Origin: Camelus dromedarius
Taxonomy: Eukaryota
Direction: 5' to 3'
DNA length: 64,000 nt
Assembly (NCBI RefSeq): GCF_036321535.1
Contig: NC_087436.1
Location: 119,104,001-119,168,000 of the forward strand
The notes beneath the pieces were generated by a model, which saw only the letters and a list, made by a program, of their open reading frames with translations, was not told where the DNA came from and searched no databases. Position numbers and translations under genes: made by a program. Below, in pieces: positions 1 through 11,949 of the stretch (its first letter is position 1; each line of letters opens with the position of its first letter).

Positions 1-1862
1 AAGCATGTTACGGAAGCCTCAGCAGGAGCAGTGGAATCGCTTTTCACACGTGTCACCTCTGCCCACACGTGTGCTCCACTGTCCCGTCAGATGTCTCACA
101 AACACGGTTCAAAGATAAAATTATTAACAGTTTCAAGACAGGGAGAGCAGAGCTTTAAACCAAGCTTGGGGTCCTTCCAAGTACAGGGCCTTCATGGGTT
201 GCACACCCACGAAACCCGCCCTATAGCAAAGCACGGGAAAATTCTCATAACCTCATGCTTAATGAGAAAAGTACCCTCCAAAGTTGTTCATATAGATAGT
301 TACAATTTTTATTAAAAACAGACATGGGCATTAAAAAAGACTGTAAGGAGCTACTGCAAATGGCTAAAAACACGTATCTAGAGACTGTTCTTTCCTCTTC
401 ACCTGCATTATTAATCTGCAATCCTCCCCCTTAAGCCACAGCATTTCAGGCAGCCACACTTCTGGGTCTCAAGACCTAAAACACCTCGTATAGAAACATC
501 CCTTAGCTCTGCTGGCTTTAAGGATAAAACCCCAAAGCTGTAGCAAGTAAAAACAACCGGGAGATGATGTGGAAACATTTTATTAGCATTTAATTTCCAT
601 CTTGCAGAAAGAAAATGAGAAAACCCTACTGTGTGACTGCACCAGCCTTTAAGTGGGGATTGATACCTCAGGACGCAGGGCTGGCCTACAGGCAGTTTGG
701 GGAAACTGATAACAACAGTAACCCTTGCCCAAGGGCGGACCTTTGGAGTCCTCATGGCCTTTGCTCCTTAGAGCTTTGTGACAACCCAGGGCAGGGAGCA
801 ATGCAGGATCCCTGAGAATCAGGAGGCGATGTGCCTTAACAGAGGACACCTATCGGTGTCCCATCGCAGCCTCCTTACCTGCCACAACGTCTGAAACAGA
901 GACAACGTGGGGTCATGAAACCCCAGGAAAGCACATGGAAGGGACAGTCCTAAGCAGAAGCAAAAGGAACAAAGATTTCAAAAACCAAAGGCTGCCTCTC
1001 CCACTCTCCCTCTGGGCTGGTTTAGGTCTCTGACGCATCTAACCTACCCTCTCAGCCCAACCTCCCAGGGGCGGAGATGGAGTTGGGTTACCAGCCTAAA
1101 GGCAGTCCTAAGGGCTAGTCTAACTCTAACCCCTAAAGAATGGGCATTGTTATTTATGGACAATATTTATTAAGTACTGACTGTGCCCCAGGCCCTGGGC
1201 TGGGCACGATCACACACACCAAGCCATTTAATGCCACGAGTTCACTGGGAGTGCTCCATTCACGACGCACGGTGGGGAGTCCACAGAAAAGATGCGCCAG
1301 CATCAAACAACTGCACATCCCTCGTTCCAAGCGATCTAAGCAACAACCTGGAGAAGAAACTGAGGCTCAGACAGAGCTGCCCAGGATCACAGCCCCAGAG
1401 CAGACCCCACCGGAAACACAAGACTCCCGATCTTGGGATACCTCTTCTGGCTGGAAACGCCTCCTCACTGGGGCCAAGGCGGGGAAACCAAACTGCAGCT
1501 CTGACATGTGTGCATAAAAGAGATCACAGAGGATTTCTAAAACAGACAGCAAACAAATCACCACCCCTCCTGGTTTTATGTATCTCGTATTCTGGTCATG
1601 AGAGACAGGGCAGCCTTTCTGTCTTCCCAATCACCAGAAACGGCCGTGGGAGTCAGGGTGCAACTGGCTTCAAGGAGCAGAGACTTGGCTTAAAGTCTGA
1701 AACACTGAGTAAATGCAGCAGCTCATGGAACCAGAGCACAGAGATGGGGTGGATGCCAGGCCTGGTTAATCCAGGAGTCACAGATGTCACTAATGTCCCC
1801 AGTTCTCACTCATCATCTGCTCTGCCAGCAACAGTGTTGTTGCTTAAGACCTGCTCCCTCCA

Positions 1863-2508
1863 AACTCTAATTTGAAAAGATACCTGCACCCCAATGTTCA
1901 CAGCAGCACTATTTACAACAGCCAAGACGTGGAAGCAACATAAATGTCCACTGACAGATGACTAGATAAAGAAGATGCGGTGTATACGTACAATGGAATA
2001 CTACTTAGCCATAAAAAGTAAAACAATGCCATTTTCAGCAACATGGATGGATCTGGAGATTGTCATAATAAGTGGAATTAGCCAGAAAGAGAAAGAAAAA
2101 TATCATATGATATCACTTACATGTGTAATCTTAGAAAATGAGACAAATGAACTTATTTACAAAACAGAAACAGACTCACAGAAAACAAACTTGTGGTTAC
2201 CAGGGGAGAAGTGGGGTGGAGCGATAAATTGGGAGTCTGGTATTTGCAGATACTAACTACTGTATATAAAATAGATAAACAGCAAGTACCTACTGTATAA
2301 CACAGGATATATTCAATATATTCAGGATATATTCAATATATTCAGGATATATTCAATATATTCAGTACCTTGTAATAGCCTGTAATGAAAAAGAATACGA
2401 AAAGATAGATATAGCTATAGATATAGATACATAACTGAGTCACTATGCTGTACACCAGAAATTAACACAACATTGTAAATCGACTATACGTAAATTAAAA
2501 AAAAAAAA
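1863..2508 (+). mobile_element. 5'-truncated LINE-1 (ORF2 end, 3' UTR, poly(A)) with 17-bp TSD
   Basis: L1 3' sequence (…YTMEYY…/WMDLE-like) and an A tail. TSD aagacctgctccctcca (1846-1862) / aagacttgcttcctcca (2507-2523), preceded by TT. Confidence 0.9.
2303..2365 (+). repeat. 20-bp tandem repeat x3 inside the L1 3' UTR
   Basis: caggatatattcaatatatt repeated perfectly three times. Confidence 0.9.
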
Positions 2509-3529
2509 GACTTGCTTCCTCCATGGTCTCAAGGTCACTGCCGGCAACAAAGGGGGTGTCCATGCTCCTTCACAAGAAGGGGACCAGCCTCCCACAGCTC
2601 TCTGCTTCCCACTCAACCTCCAGAAAGGACTCCTACATCCATTCTGGAACAGTCACTGGAAGCGGGATGGGATTACCCTGGTCCATCACTGCCTGCCCAG
2701 GGCAGACCCAGAGGAGGATGTGCTTGGTAAATGCTACTACATGAGGGAGGATGGATGGAGTTTGTAGATCCAGGCTAGCCTAGAAAATACCTGTTTAACT
2801 CACCCTAAAGCTGAGTCCTGGGGCTGCAGCAAGAGAACACAGTCAGGAAGAGTCCTTCCTGAAGCCACATCTGGCTCTGGAGAAAAGTTTAAGCAGAGAC
2901 TCCCTGGCGTTCTCCTATCCCTGGGGTCCCATTCTCTAGGGCCTAGGTCCTTCCACCAACCTAAGAACCTCAACTGTATTGCTCTCCCCAACACCCACCC
3001 ATCCCTGCAAAGTTCTCTGTGCCCATGGTGGTCTGCACCCCTGCCTAATGATCACAATAGTCCCCATTCAGCTGAGCTGAGCCAAGAGTTCAGGGAAAAA
3101 AAAAAAAAAAAAAAAAAAGCTGCTCTAATTCATACCAAGGTGTGAATGACTAACAAAACCTAAACTGGGCACAAGATATTTAAGATTTTATAAGAGGAAA
3201 CTCAAGCGAGACTCCCACTGGTGAAGATGACATTTAACTTGAGACCTAAAGGATGAGAACTAAGAGAAGGAGGTGTGTGTTCCAGGCAGTGCACAAAGCC
3301 AGTGCAAATACCCTGAAAAAAATGAAAAACAGTCTGCTTAGGGAACAGGAAGTCGATCAGAGCCACTGGGGGGTTGTGAGTGCTTGTGGCCAAATGACCA
3401 TGTGGAATAGGAATTTGTATACCTGGCTCTTCTGCAAACTCCCAGGATCCACTATTTGCTTGTGACATTCCTCCAGGAACAAGACTTAAATGATAACAAT
3501 GCCATTTGTGCAATGCTTTCAATAAACAC

Positions 3530-3735
3530 TGTGCCAGATACTTTCTCTATGAGCATCACCACTGACCATCCCAACAACCTTGTAAGATAAGTCACTACTT
3601 ACTGTTTCTCCCTTTAAAGGGAACAAGTGAAGCTCAGGAAGATTTAGTAACTTGTCCAAGGTTGCACAGCACATGAAGAGTCAGAAGCAGGATTTGAACA
3701 CAAGTCTGTCTGACATCCAAATCTGTGACCTCCTC
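3530..3735. mobile_element. MIR SINE
   Basis: Core-SINE motif agtaacttgtccaaggttgcacagc…aggatttgaac. Confidence 0.65.
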
Positions 3736-4987
3736 TGTGCTCCAAGCACAAAATGCAGGCAACACGCAACAGTGGGAAAGTCTGTTTCCATGCAGGGAGG
3801 CCAGCAATTTCATATAATTTTGGTAATTATTGTTACTGCTTTCTCTTCTAGACCCTGCTTTCCCTGAGGGCAGGAACCTTGGGTCTGATTCTTCTCTGCA
3901 TCCCTAGGACCAGAGCTCTATGGCCTACACACACTGGCATTCAGTCTGGGATGTGGACAAAGGTCAGCCTTGGTTTCCTCAACTATAAAATGGGGTATGT
4001 GGAGCTCGTGTGAGGCCCCAGATCATGATGGGTTCTCACCATACTCGGACTGCCAGTTGACAGTTAATAGTTTCCAAGTGGTTCCTCCATCCACCCTCTC
4101 ATCTGATCCACAAAGAACCCCCAAAACCTATAAGCGGGATGGGATTATTCAATCCCATTTCACAGATGGGGAAAAGAGATTCGTCTACATCACAGGGCTC
4201 CCTCCTAGAACACAGGCTGCCCAGGGGAGGACCTGTGTCCAGTCCCCAGGGCTAAAATAGTGACTGGCACACGTAAGTATTTGTTGCATGAATGAAGAAT
4301 TAAAAACCATCACTTCTTACTCTGATAACTATGCATTCCTCCTCTGTTCTTCCCTTCTAAGAGCTGGTGAATGTAGGAAAGAAGGCAGGGGAGACAGGAA
4401 AAAGAAGGAATTAGGGTTTGCAACGTTCACAATGGGTCAGGCACGGTGCTTTTTACTTTAATCACAGAGCCCAGCACTCTGTCCCCTCCTCCTTAATGTA
4501 AAGATGCCAAAACAGAGGTTTCCTCCACAAAGCCAGACCAGAATGACCTGCCAAGATCCTCTCTCCCGGCTGGAGCCAGACCACTGGGGCACCTGCCAGC
4601 ACCCAGCGGCCTTTCCCCTCTGCCTCTCAGCAGGCTGCCAGCAGAAAGAACACCCAGGACACATGCTGATCCTTCCTCAGCCTCTCCAAGGCAGGCGACA
4701 AAGGACCCCTTTCAGCTCCCTGGGCCCCCGGAAACCCCTAGCTCAGGGCAGAGCCCTCACCCCTCTCCACACACACATCCATCAGCAAAGCGTGACTCAG
4801 CGATTCTCCTCCGGGAGCAGAGCTGGGTAACGCCACTCCTCAGCATCTCTCCGCCCAGGTTACACACCCAGCCTCCGCTAGCTTGGGTCAGGACTCCTGG
4901 GAGCCCTCCCGGCCCTGGCCCAGGGCTCCCCCCGGCCTCCGCAGGGCTCCTGCTACCGGCCCGGCCTTATTTCCGGCACAGCCAGGC

Positions 4988-5008
4988 ACCAGCGCAGCGG
5001 ACAGCACC
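4988..5008 (+). promoter_or_regulatory. Candidate RE1/NRSE (REST site) in PPP2R2C intron 1
   Basis: ACCAGCGCAGCGGACAGCACC versus the consensus NNCAGCACCNNGGACAGNNCC: correct spacing, two mismatches in the left half. Confidence 0.5.
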
Positions 5009-6063
5009 CGGGAATCGAGTCACTGCCCACACAGGTTCCCTGACACAGGCTCCCACGCGCCCTAGACCCGCCGCGCGCAATGCCCAGGGCCCCTCCCACT
5101 GAGGCACCCACACTTCTGCAGCCAGCCCAGCAGCCCCTAGGGAAGATGCAGACAGTCCCTAACCCAGGAAGGTCTCCAGCACAAGTGTCCCCACCGTTGC
5201 ATGCTGACACCCGGAGGCTAGCTCTCCCCATCCTCAGTGGAGGCTCCCCTCCGCCGGCCCCTGTCTGCAGCCCTTGAGCTGTCCCCACCGTTCCCTGGAC
5301 AAGGTGGAGAAGAGGGACCCTTGGAAGTTACTGGCTGACAAGAGAGGGCCGCTGACCCTAGATCCCACTGTCCTCTGGGTGGGGGTGGGGTTGAGCTCCA
5401 GGGCCAATTTAGGGGGTTTCATGCAGGAGCCGTTTGGGGTGGCATGTCCCACTTTTTTGGAAAATTCTGACAGTTTAGGGCCAGCTGCTCCTGTCTCAGT
5501 TTAACTCGCCAGGAATAAAGGATCAAACCCAAGTCAGCCGCCTTCCCCCCACCCACTAGGGACCCCGTCTCTGGAGGCACAGGGAGGGGCCCAAGACAGT
5601 GAGCCTCCAGGGAACCCTGGCAATGGAATTTTTTTTTTTCTTTCTGGGTCCCTCTTCGTCTTTGGGGAACGGGCAGCCTAGAAAATTCTGCGGGCTTTGG
5701 GCAGGGCTGAAATGGCCTAAGACACTAAATTGCCCCAGAATTTCTTCACCAGATTTGCCACAGAGGTGGTCTTTTAAAAAATGAGGGCCAGGGCCGATTC
5801 AGGATGCCCTGGGCCTGGGGGCGGAAAGCTGCCTGCCAGAGGTTGGCGCGGAGGGCGCTGCCCTCTCGGATCGCTGGGCAGCGGGCAGCGGAGGCCGGCG
5901 CCCTCAGGCTCCCTCCCTCCGGGACCCGGGACGGGGTGAGGGTAGGGTGGGGCGGGGGGACACGACACACAGCGCGCGGTCCAAACCTTCGGAGGGCATT
6001 CGGTGCGACGGCATCCCCACGCCGCGGCGGGCCGGAGGGGGCCTCAGACAACACGTACGTTAC

Positions 6064-6133
6064 CTTCAGTCACATAGCTGTGGTCCCGCAGGAAGCTGTG
6101 GTTAATTTTCCGCGTGTCCGTGTCCTCGCCCAT
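6064..6133 (-). CDS. PPP2R2C: PP2A regulatory subunit B55-gamma, first coding exon
   Basis: Minus strand reads ATG GGC GAG GAC ACG GAC ACG CGG AAA ATT AAC CAC AGC TTC CTG CGG GAC CAC AGC TAT GTG ACT GAA G|GTAACG = [23 protein letters not shown], the recognisable PPP2R2C N-terminus. The 70-nt coding part ends at a phase-1 GT donor at 6063. Confidence 0.95.
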
Positions 6134-6479
6134 TGAAGGCCGTGCCCGGTGCCCTGGGCATGCCCCGCCGCCGCACACCGATGCAATCCGCAGAGGTCGC
6201 GCCGGGCGCGCGGGCCATGCCGCCGCAGCCTAGCAGGGGCGCGGGCCGCCGGGGCCCCGGGGGGCGGGCATCGCGGCCTGGGGCGGCCGGGGACGGGCGG
6301 AGGGCGGCCGGGGCGGTCGCCGCGGTCAGGCGAGCGCGCGGCGGGCAGGCGGTGGCCGCGGGTGGGGGCGGGCCGGGGCCCGGGCGCGCATCCCGGCCGG
6401 CCCGGGCGCGCTGCGTCCGTGCGCCCGGCGGCGGTGCGGCAGCGGCGGCGGCGGCGGCCTGGTGCCGGTGCGCCTGGCT

Positions 6480-6480
<1 letters not shown>

Positions 6481-6516
<36 letters not shown>
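6481..6516 (+). repeat. (CGG)12 trinucleotide repeat
   Basis: Counted directly: 12 uninterrupted CGG units. Confidence 0.92.
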
Positions 6517-6584
6517 GAGGGGACGCGCGCGGCGCTGCGCCGACCGAGCCGGGGCCGAGCCGGGCTGCGCGGGCTGGGGCCGCG

Positions 6585-6608
6585 GCCGCCGCCGCCGCCG
6601 CCGCCGCC
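6585..6608 (+). repeat. (GCC)8 trinucleotide repeat
   Basis: Counted directly. Reverse-complementary to the (CGG)12 tract. Confidence 0.9.
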
Positions 6609-9600
6609 GTAGCAGGCCCCTCCCTCGCGCCGCCCGCTCCTCCGCCCCCGCGGCCCGCGCCGCCCGCCGCGCGCCCGCCGCCCAGCACCCCGCAGGTGGG
6701 GCCGCACCCCGGCAGAGGCCGCGCCTCGGCGCTCCGGGCCTCGCGGGTGGGCACCTTCGGTGCCTAGGTGCGTCAGCTGGGGCGGAAGGAAGGCAATGGC
6801 CAGCTTGCGGGGGACACTGGCCAGCTGAGCTTTTGCGAGGCACCTTGCGTGCCCAGGTACTTCACTTACTAAAGAGACGGCCCGTGGGTGGGGTGACTAG
6901 AAAAGGGGAGGGCCGATGGGCAGCCTCGCTGGGCAGAGGGCAGCGACAAGAAGGACAGGGAAGGGAGGGGCGCGCGGCAGCTGAAGGTGGCGCATCTGGA
7001 GAATGGGAGACTTCACTGGGGCGGGTGTGGAAAGAAAAGGCAGGACAAGAGCCCCCTTCGTTGGTAGAAGAGGGTGGGTCAGACGAGTTCCCAGGGCCCT
7101 CTGGAGCGCGAAACTAGACCCGTGGGAAGAAGCTGGGGGGCCGATTTGGGGAGTATCAGCACCCTACAAACAAGGCAGAACTGTGGGTGAGGTAGCTGGC
7201 CTCCTCCAAGCAGAACTCCGAGATCTCTCCTCATGCTCACCTGTGATATTTAGAAACAGTGCTGGGTACTCTCCAAAAAACAGGCTGGAAGATGCGGGTC
7301 CCTCCTCCTGCCAGGCAGAAAAGCACCCCCTCCCTTCCCTTAGTCATTATCGCCGCCCCCACCCACACACACAGTGCCTCACACAGAGCAGGCATTCAAA
7401 AACTATTTGTTCCCTCTTTTGGCGAGCTGCCACCTCCTCCAGGCTGACCCCTTGCCTGGAACTGAGTGCCCTGCAGGGAGCACATACCCCAGTGGGGGCC
7501 TCAGAGGTGTTGGAGTGGGTATGGATCAACTTCCACTGCTGCCACGCCCCCCCCCATACCACCCCAAGCAGGCCTTCCTAGATGCTCAGCAAAACCTGTT
7601 TGGAAAGAGAGAAGGGTAACCACGGCTAAAGAGGCTTCTGGGCTAAGGAGACGGGGGTTCAAGCCCCAGGTGGGAGGTGAGGCTGGTCTCCCCTAGCCCC
7701 GCAATTCTGTGACACTCTACTCCTCTCAACTGGCTTTTTGGGGACTCCAGCCAGTTCCCCAAACTGCAGTGGAGGCAGGAGAGTCCAGTCGGGGCTGGGG
7801 CAGAAGGATGGGGCTATGGGAAAGACTGGGAAAGGTGGAAGCCGCCCAAGGTTTCTTGCTAGTGGGCGGGAGGCCGACTCTGGGGCCAGAGCTGGGTTCT
7901 CATCCTGCAGACACGCCCAGGACGGGCCCCTGAGCAGGAGCACAAGGTGCTCTCCCAGCACCGTGCAGGTCATAATGGAAAGGGCAGGACCCAGGAGGGG
8001 CCTGGGGCTCTGTCAGTGCCACCACCTGGTTGCTCAGTGGCCAGGAAGGTCCCCAACCTTTCCCAGCCTCAGCTTTCTCACAGTGGTCCACCTCACAGCA
8101 CAGGTGTGCAAGTCCAGTGCAAAGACCAGGTAAATGCAGGGACCCTCAGGATGTGAAGGAGGCTGACATCCACGTCCTTTCTCACCCATCTTGGTCTGCT
8201 CAAGTGCCCTGCACCTCACACCAGAACCCAGCACCCCACTTCTGTCCATTTCCCTGTTCACCTCTCTCACTCATTGTAGCAGAATGGCTACAGCATCAGA
8301 CGCTGGAAGATGGACAGACTGGGCTTGAGTCCTGACAGCTCAGGGGCCCCAGGCAAGCACAACCTTGCCTGTTAGATGGACATAATCACAAGGACATAAT
8401 CACAAGGTGTGGCCAGTTCATCCTTAGCAGGGGCCTGCCTCAAGGGTGCTCTAGAATGTTAGCATCATCATGCTGAGCCTCTCCTCTGAGATCTTGTGGA
8501 GACGCCCCTCACCCCATTCTCCCCAACTGTCAATCCTGCTGGAACACCCACCCTGTCTTCCAGGATGCCCTGGATCACAGTAAATGAGCCTTACCCTGGC
8601 CAAACACAGTGATCCTTTCATCAGCCTCCAAACCAGCCTCCAAGCCAGGCTGGGGACCCTGGAGTTGGTGGCCTTCAGCCTCGCAGGACCGCAAGGCTGG
8701 ACCCCTCTGCATGACCCCCCCCCCCCCACACACACACATGCAGTCTCCTCTGACTCCCTCAGGGCTCCTCCGCACTGTCCCCTCCATTCTCCTGAAGCAC
8801 CCACATCAGAACCAAGTCCCCCACTCAACCTCCTGCTCTCTCCCCTGTTCACCCCACTGAATCTCATGCCATCCACTGCTTCCTCTTTCTGTATCTGCCT
8901 GGGTCCCTGTCCCTTGGCACAAGGCTGAGCTTCCAATCCTGCCTCTCTGTCTTCCTGACTCCAGCCTCTCTCTCTGTATAGACTCATCCCTGTTCTTTCA
9001 TTCATTCATGACAAATGTGGGTTGGGCACCTACTATGTGCAGGCACATATCCAGCACATGGGTAATGAGAACAAAACAGATGGAACTCTCTACTCCCGTG
9101 GGGGTGACCTATTAGTGGAGTGAGATCAACGTGATGATGTGAATATGTAACATGGAGGTCCTGACGAGTGAGAAGAGAAAGTGGGTGCAGGGATGGAGAT
9201 GGAAGGGGGAGTCTATTTTATGAAGGGTGAGTGGAGAGGACCTCTCTGAGAGGGTGAAATTGGTCAACATCACTTTTGGCACTCCCCTTGGCAAAACCTG
9301 CTCAGATCTTTTCCACGTTTAAAAAAACAGTTCTGACTCTGCGTCCCCTGCCAGCTGCCAGCCCTGTGCTGTGCTCTCTTCTTCACAACAGGATGCCAAA
9401 AACACATCCACATTCACCAACTCCTCTTCCCCATCCCCCACTCACTGCTGGAGCCCTCCGCCAACCTGGCTTCTCACCAGCCCACCGTGCCTCCCAAAAA
9501 AGACACTTCCGGTCTCAGCCGTGTTGAGAGTGACTTTCCTGTGCCTGGAACCAATGGACGAGCTGCAGGCCTCCTTCCTTAGCTGACCTCTCAGCAGCTT

Positions 9601-9659
9601 CCTCCCTGTGGCTCACCCCACCCTCCTCCCCTCTGCTTCGGTGACCCTGCCTTCTCATA

Positions 9660-10105
9660 CCGTAATTGTGCTAGTTGGGAGCTTTCTGTAAATAGAATTG
9701 TAGAGCATGAATGTTTTTATATCTAGTTTCTTTTGCTCAGCGTTGTGTTTCTGTGGTCCACTCATTACATATATGCAGCTATAGTTGGTTCATTTTTCAC
9801 TGTTGTATAGTATTCCGTTGTACAAGTACACTGCAATGCACTGGAATGTACAAATACTTCTAGTGATAGGCACTTAGCTTGTTTTCATTTGGAGGTTATT
9901 ATGAATAAAGGTCTGTCTCAGCATCATGTGGACTTACTTCCTTTGGGCACATGCACTCATCAGGGGATTGCCAGATGTTGGGGTGTGTGTACTTGGAGAT
10001 TTAGTAACTGATACCAGAGTTTACCAAAGAGATAGTTTAAGAGAGTTCCTGTTGCTCCACAACCTCGTCAAACAAGGTATTCCTGTTGTTTGTGACTTTA
10101 GCCAC
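9660..10105 (-). mobile_element. Old LINE-1 fragment
   Basis: Reverse L1 motifs (ttcattttcactgttgtatagtattcc, gagagttcctgttgctccaca). Confidence 0.65.
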
Positions 10106-11949
10106 TCACCACCTCCAACACTGCACTGGACATCCTCTCCTGAAACCGAGACTGCCCCTCCTCCTCCTTCGCACTCAGGGTGAGCTGGAATCATCCTTGA
10201 CCCCTCACGCTCAAGCCCTCACAGCCTGTCTATCTTCCAGTCCTGTGACTTGCTCTCAGAGTTCTCAAATCCTCCCCCTCCTCTTGCCAGCCTCACCGCC
10301 CCGCTGACATTCAGGGGCTCCCCCTCTCTCCTATGGACTGAAATCTGACCATTCACTTTCCTGCTTAAAATGTTTCAAGGCTTCCAGGTGCTAAAATAGA
10401 AATTCTGAAGTCTTAGCAATATGGCCCCAAACTGCATCTCTAGCCAATTCCCTCTATGTAGTTGGACCTCTGCAATTTTCTGAGCAAGACAGGCCCGTGC
10501 AAGACTGCATTTGCACATGCTTGTCCCCTGCCTAGCATGCTATTCCAGCATCCAATTTTCTTCATTTGGAATCAGCTTAAATTGTCCTGATGAGTGATTA
10601 CTCTAAGAAGCATCTGTCATTCATTGAATGGCCACGGGGAAGTCTTAGTGCTGACCTCACATACCCGGCTTCTCGCCTATCCTCCTATCCCGTGGGATAG
10701 ATTTGTACTTCCCAGCGCTTTAAAAATTAGGCACAGTCATAAGACTTGCTTTGGGCAGTGAATTGTGCAGAAGTGACTGGTGTCTCTTAGTCAGATCTTT
10801 AAGAGCCTGAGTGTGGCTTGCCAGATTCTCCCCTCCCCACCCCCATGACTTTGGGTCTTGAAAAAAAACATCTGTTAAAGTAAAGCATCTATTAGCCATG
10901 GTCCCTGAATGACTACAAGGAGCAGGGACCCCACTAGAAGTGCAGTGTGAGTGGAAATAAACACATGCTGCATCTGGTCACTGAGATTTGTAGGTTGGTT
11001 GTTACTGCAGCAAAACCTCTCCTATACGCTACATCTCTGCATATAACTTCACGTGTGTTATCTCATTCTATCCTCAAAACACGAGGACTCTGTCTCAGCC
11101 AGAATGGACTAGGTTTTATTACAGCAATGGATGACCCTTCAAAATGCAGTGACTTACAGAATTGATTTCTCCCTCATGCCAGATGCCGATCACAAGTTGG
11201 CTGCAGCTCTGATCCTTGTCATCTTTACTCTGGGAGCCAGGCTGATGGAGCAGCCCTAAATTTGGGCGTTGCTGGGGTCATGGCAGAGGCAAAAGAGAGA
11301 TGGGGGCATGAGCTCACTCTTAGAGCTTCAGTGGCCCAAGTAAGTTGCATAACCACCCCTCAAGTACAAAGGGCAGGGAGGGACACTATAGGTCACATGG
11401 TCCTGTGATCTCAATGGCACATGTAAGTACACTTCTCTCCCAAGGCGGGGCCACAGATATTTTGCACAATAACACAGTCTACTAAAGTATTCATTTTATA
11501 AGTGAAAAAAACAGGTACCAAGTCACTTCCCAAGTTACTCAGCTAGTAAGTGGCAGAGCTGAGATTTACCAGGTCTGTGTGAATCCAAAGCTTGTCCAGT
11601 CAACCCATACCAGCTGTTACTAATGTAACTACCTCTCTGTCCCCTTTCCCTTCTGTGACCACCGAGGTCCCACAGGGAGTTCCAGGGTGGTCTCCTAGTT
11701 CTTCTCATCACTGTCAACCATCTGCTTTACCTGGGGAGGCTTCCTGAAGCAGTGCCAGGATGAATCTCTTCTCCAGTGAAATGCTAGACAAATCCCAGCC
11801 TGCCCACCCCTCGCCTAGGTCATTGTGCTTCTGGATGGAGACTATCTAAGGCGGCGGAGATGTGCTAAGGCCCAACAAATGGCGATGACAGCAGAGAAGG
11901 ACCCAGAGCCATCATCCAGCCGCAACTCACAAGTTAACTGATTTTTCTG

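Larger units (their letters stand above)
5800..6790. promoter_or_regulatory. PPP2R2C: CpG island / promoter and 5' leader of PPP2R2C
   Basis: Very GC- and CpG-dense, with GC boxes and CGG/GCC tracts, surrounding the first coding exon. Confidence 0.9.

Noticed and set aside
1183..1875. 230-aa + strand ORF in PPP2R2C intron 1
   Set aside because: Starts at a non-ATG codon, overlaps MIR-like sequence, and shows no recognisable domain.
2303..2365. Short regularly spaced direct repeats (CRISPR-like)
   Set aside because: Head-to-tail repeats with no spacers, inside an L1 3' UTR in eukaryotic DNA.
6070..7117. Long Arg/Gly/Ala/Pro-rich ORFs (up to 322 aa) on both strands
   Set aside because: Artefacts of a stop-poor CpG island and triplet repeats. 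The real coding part is the 70-nt PPP2R2C exon.
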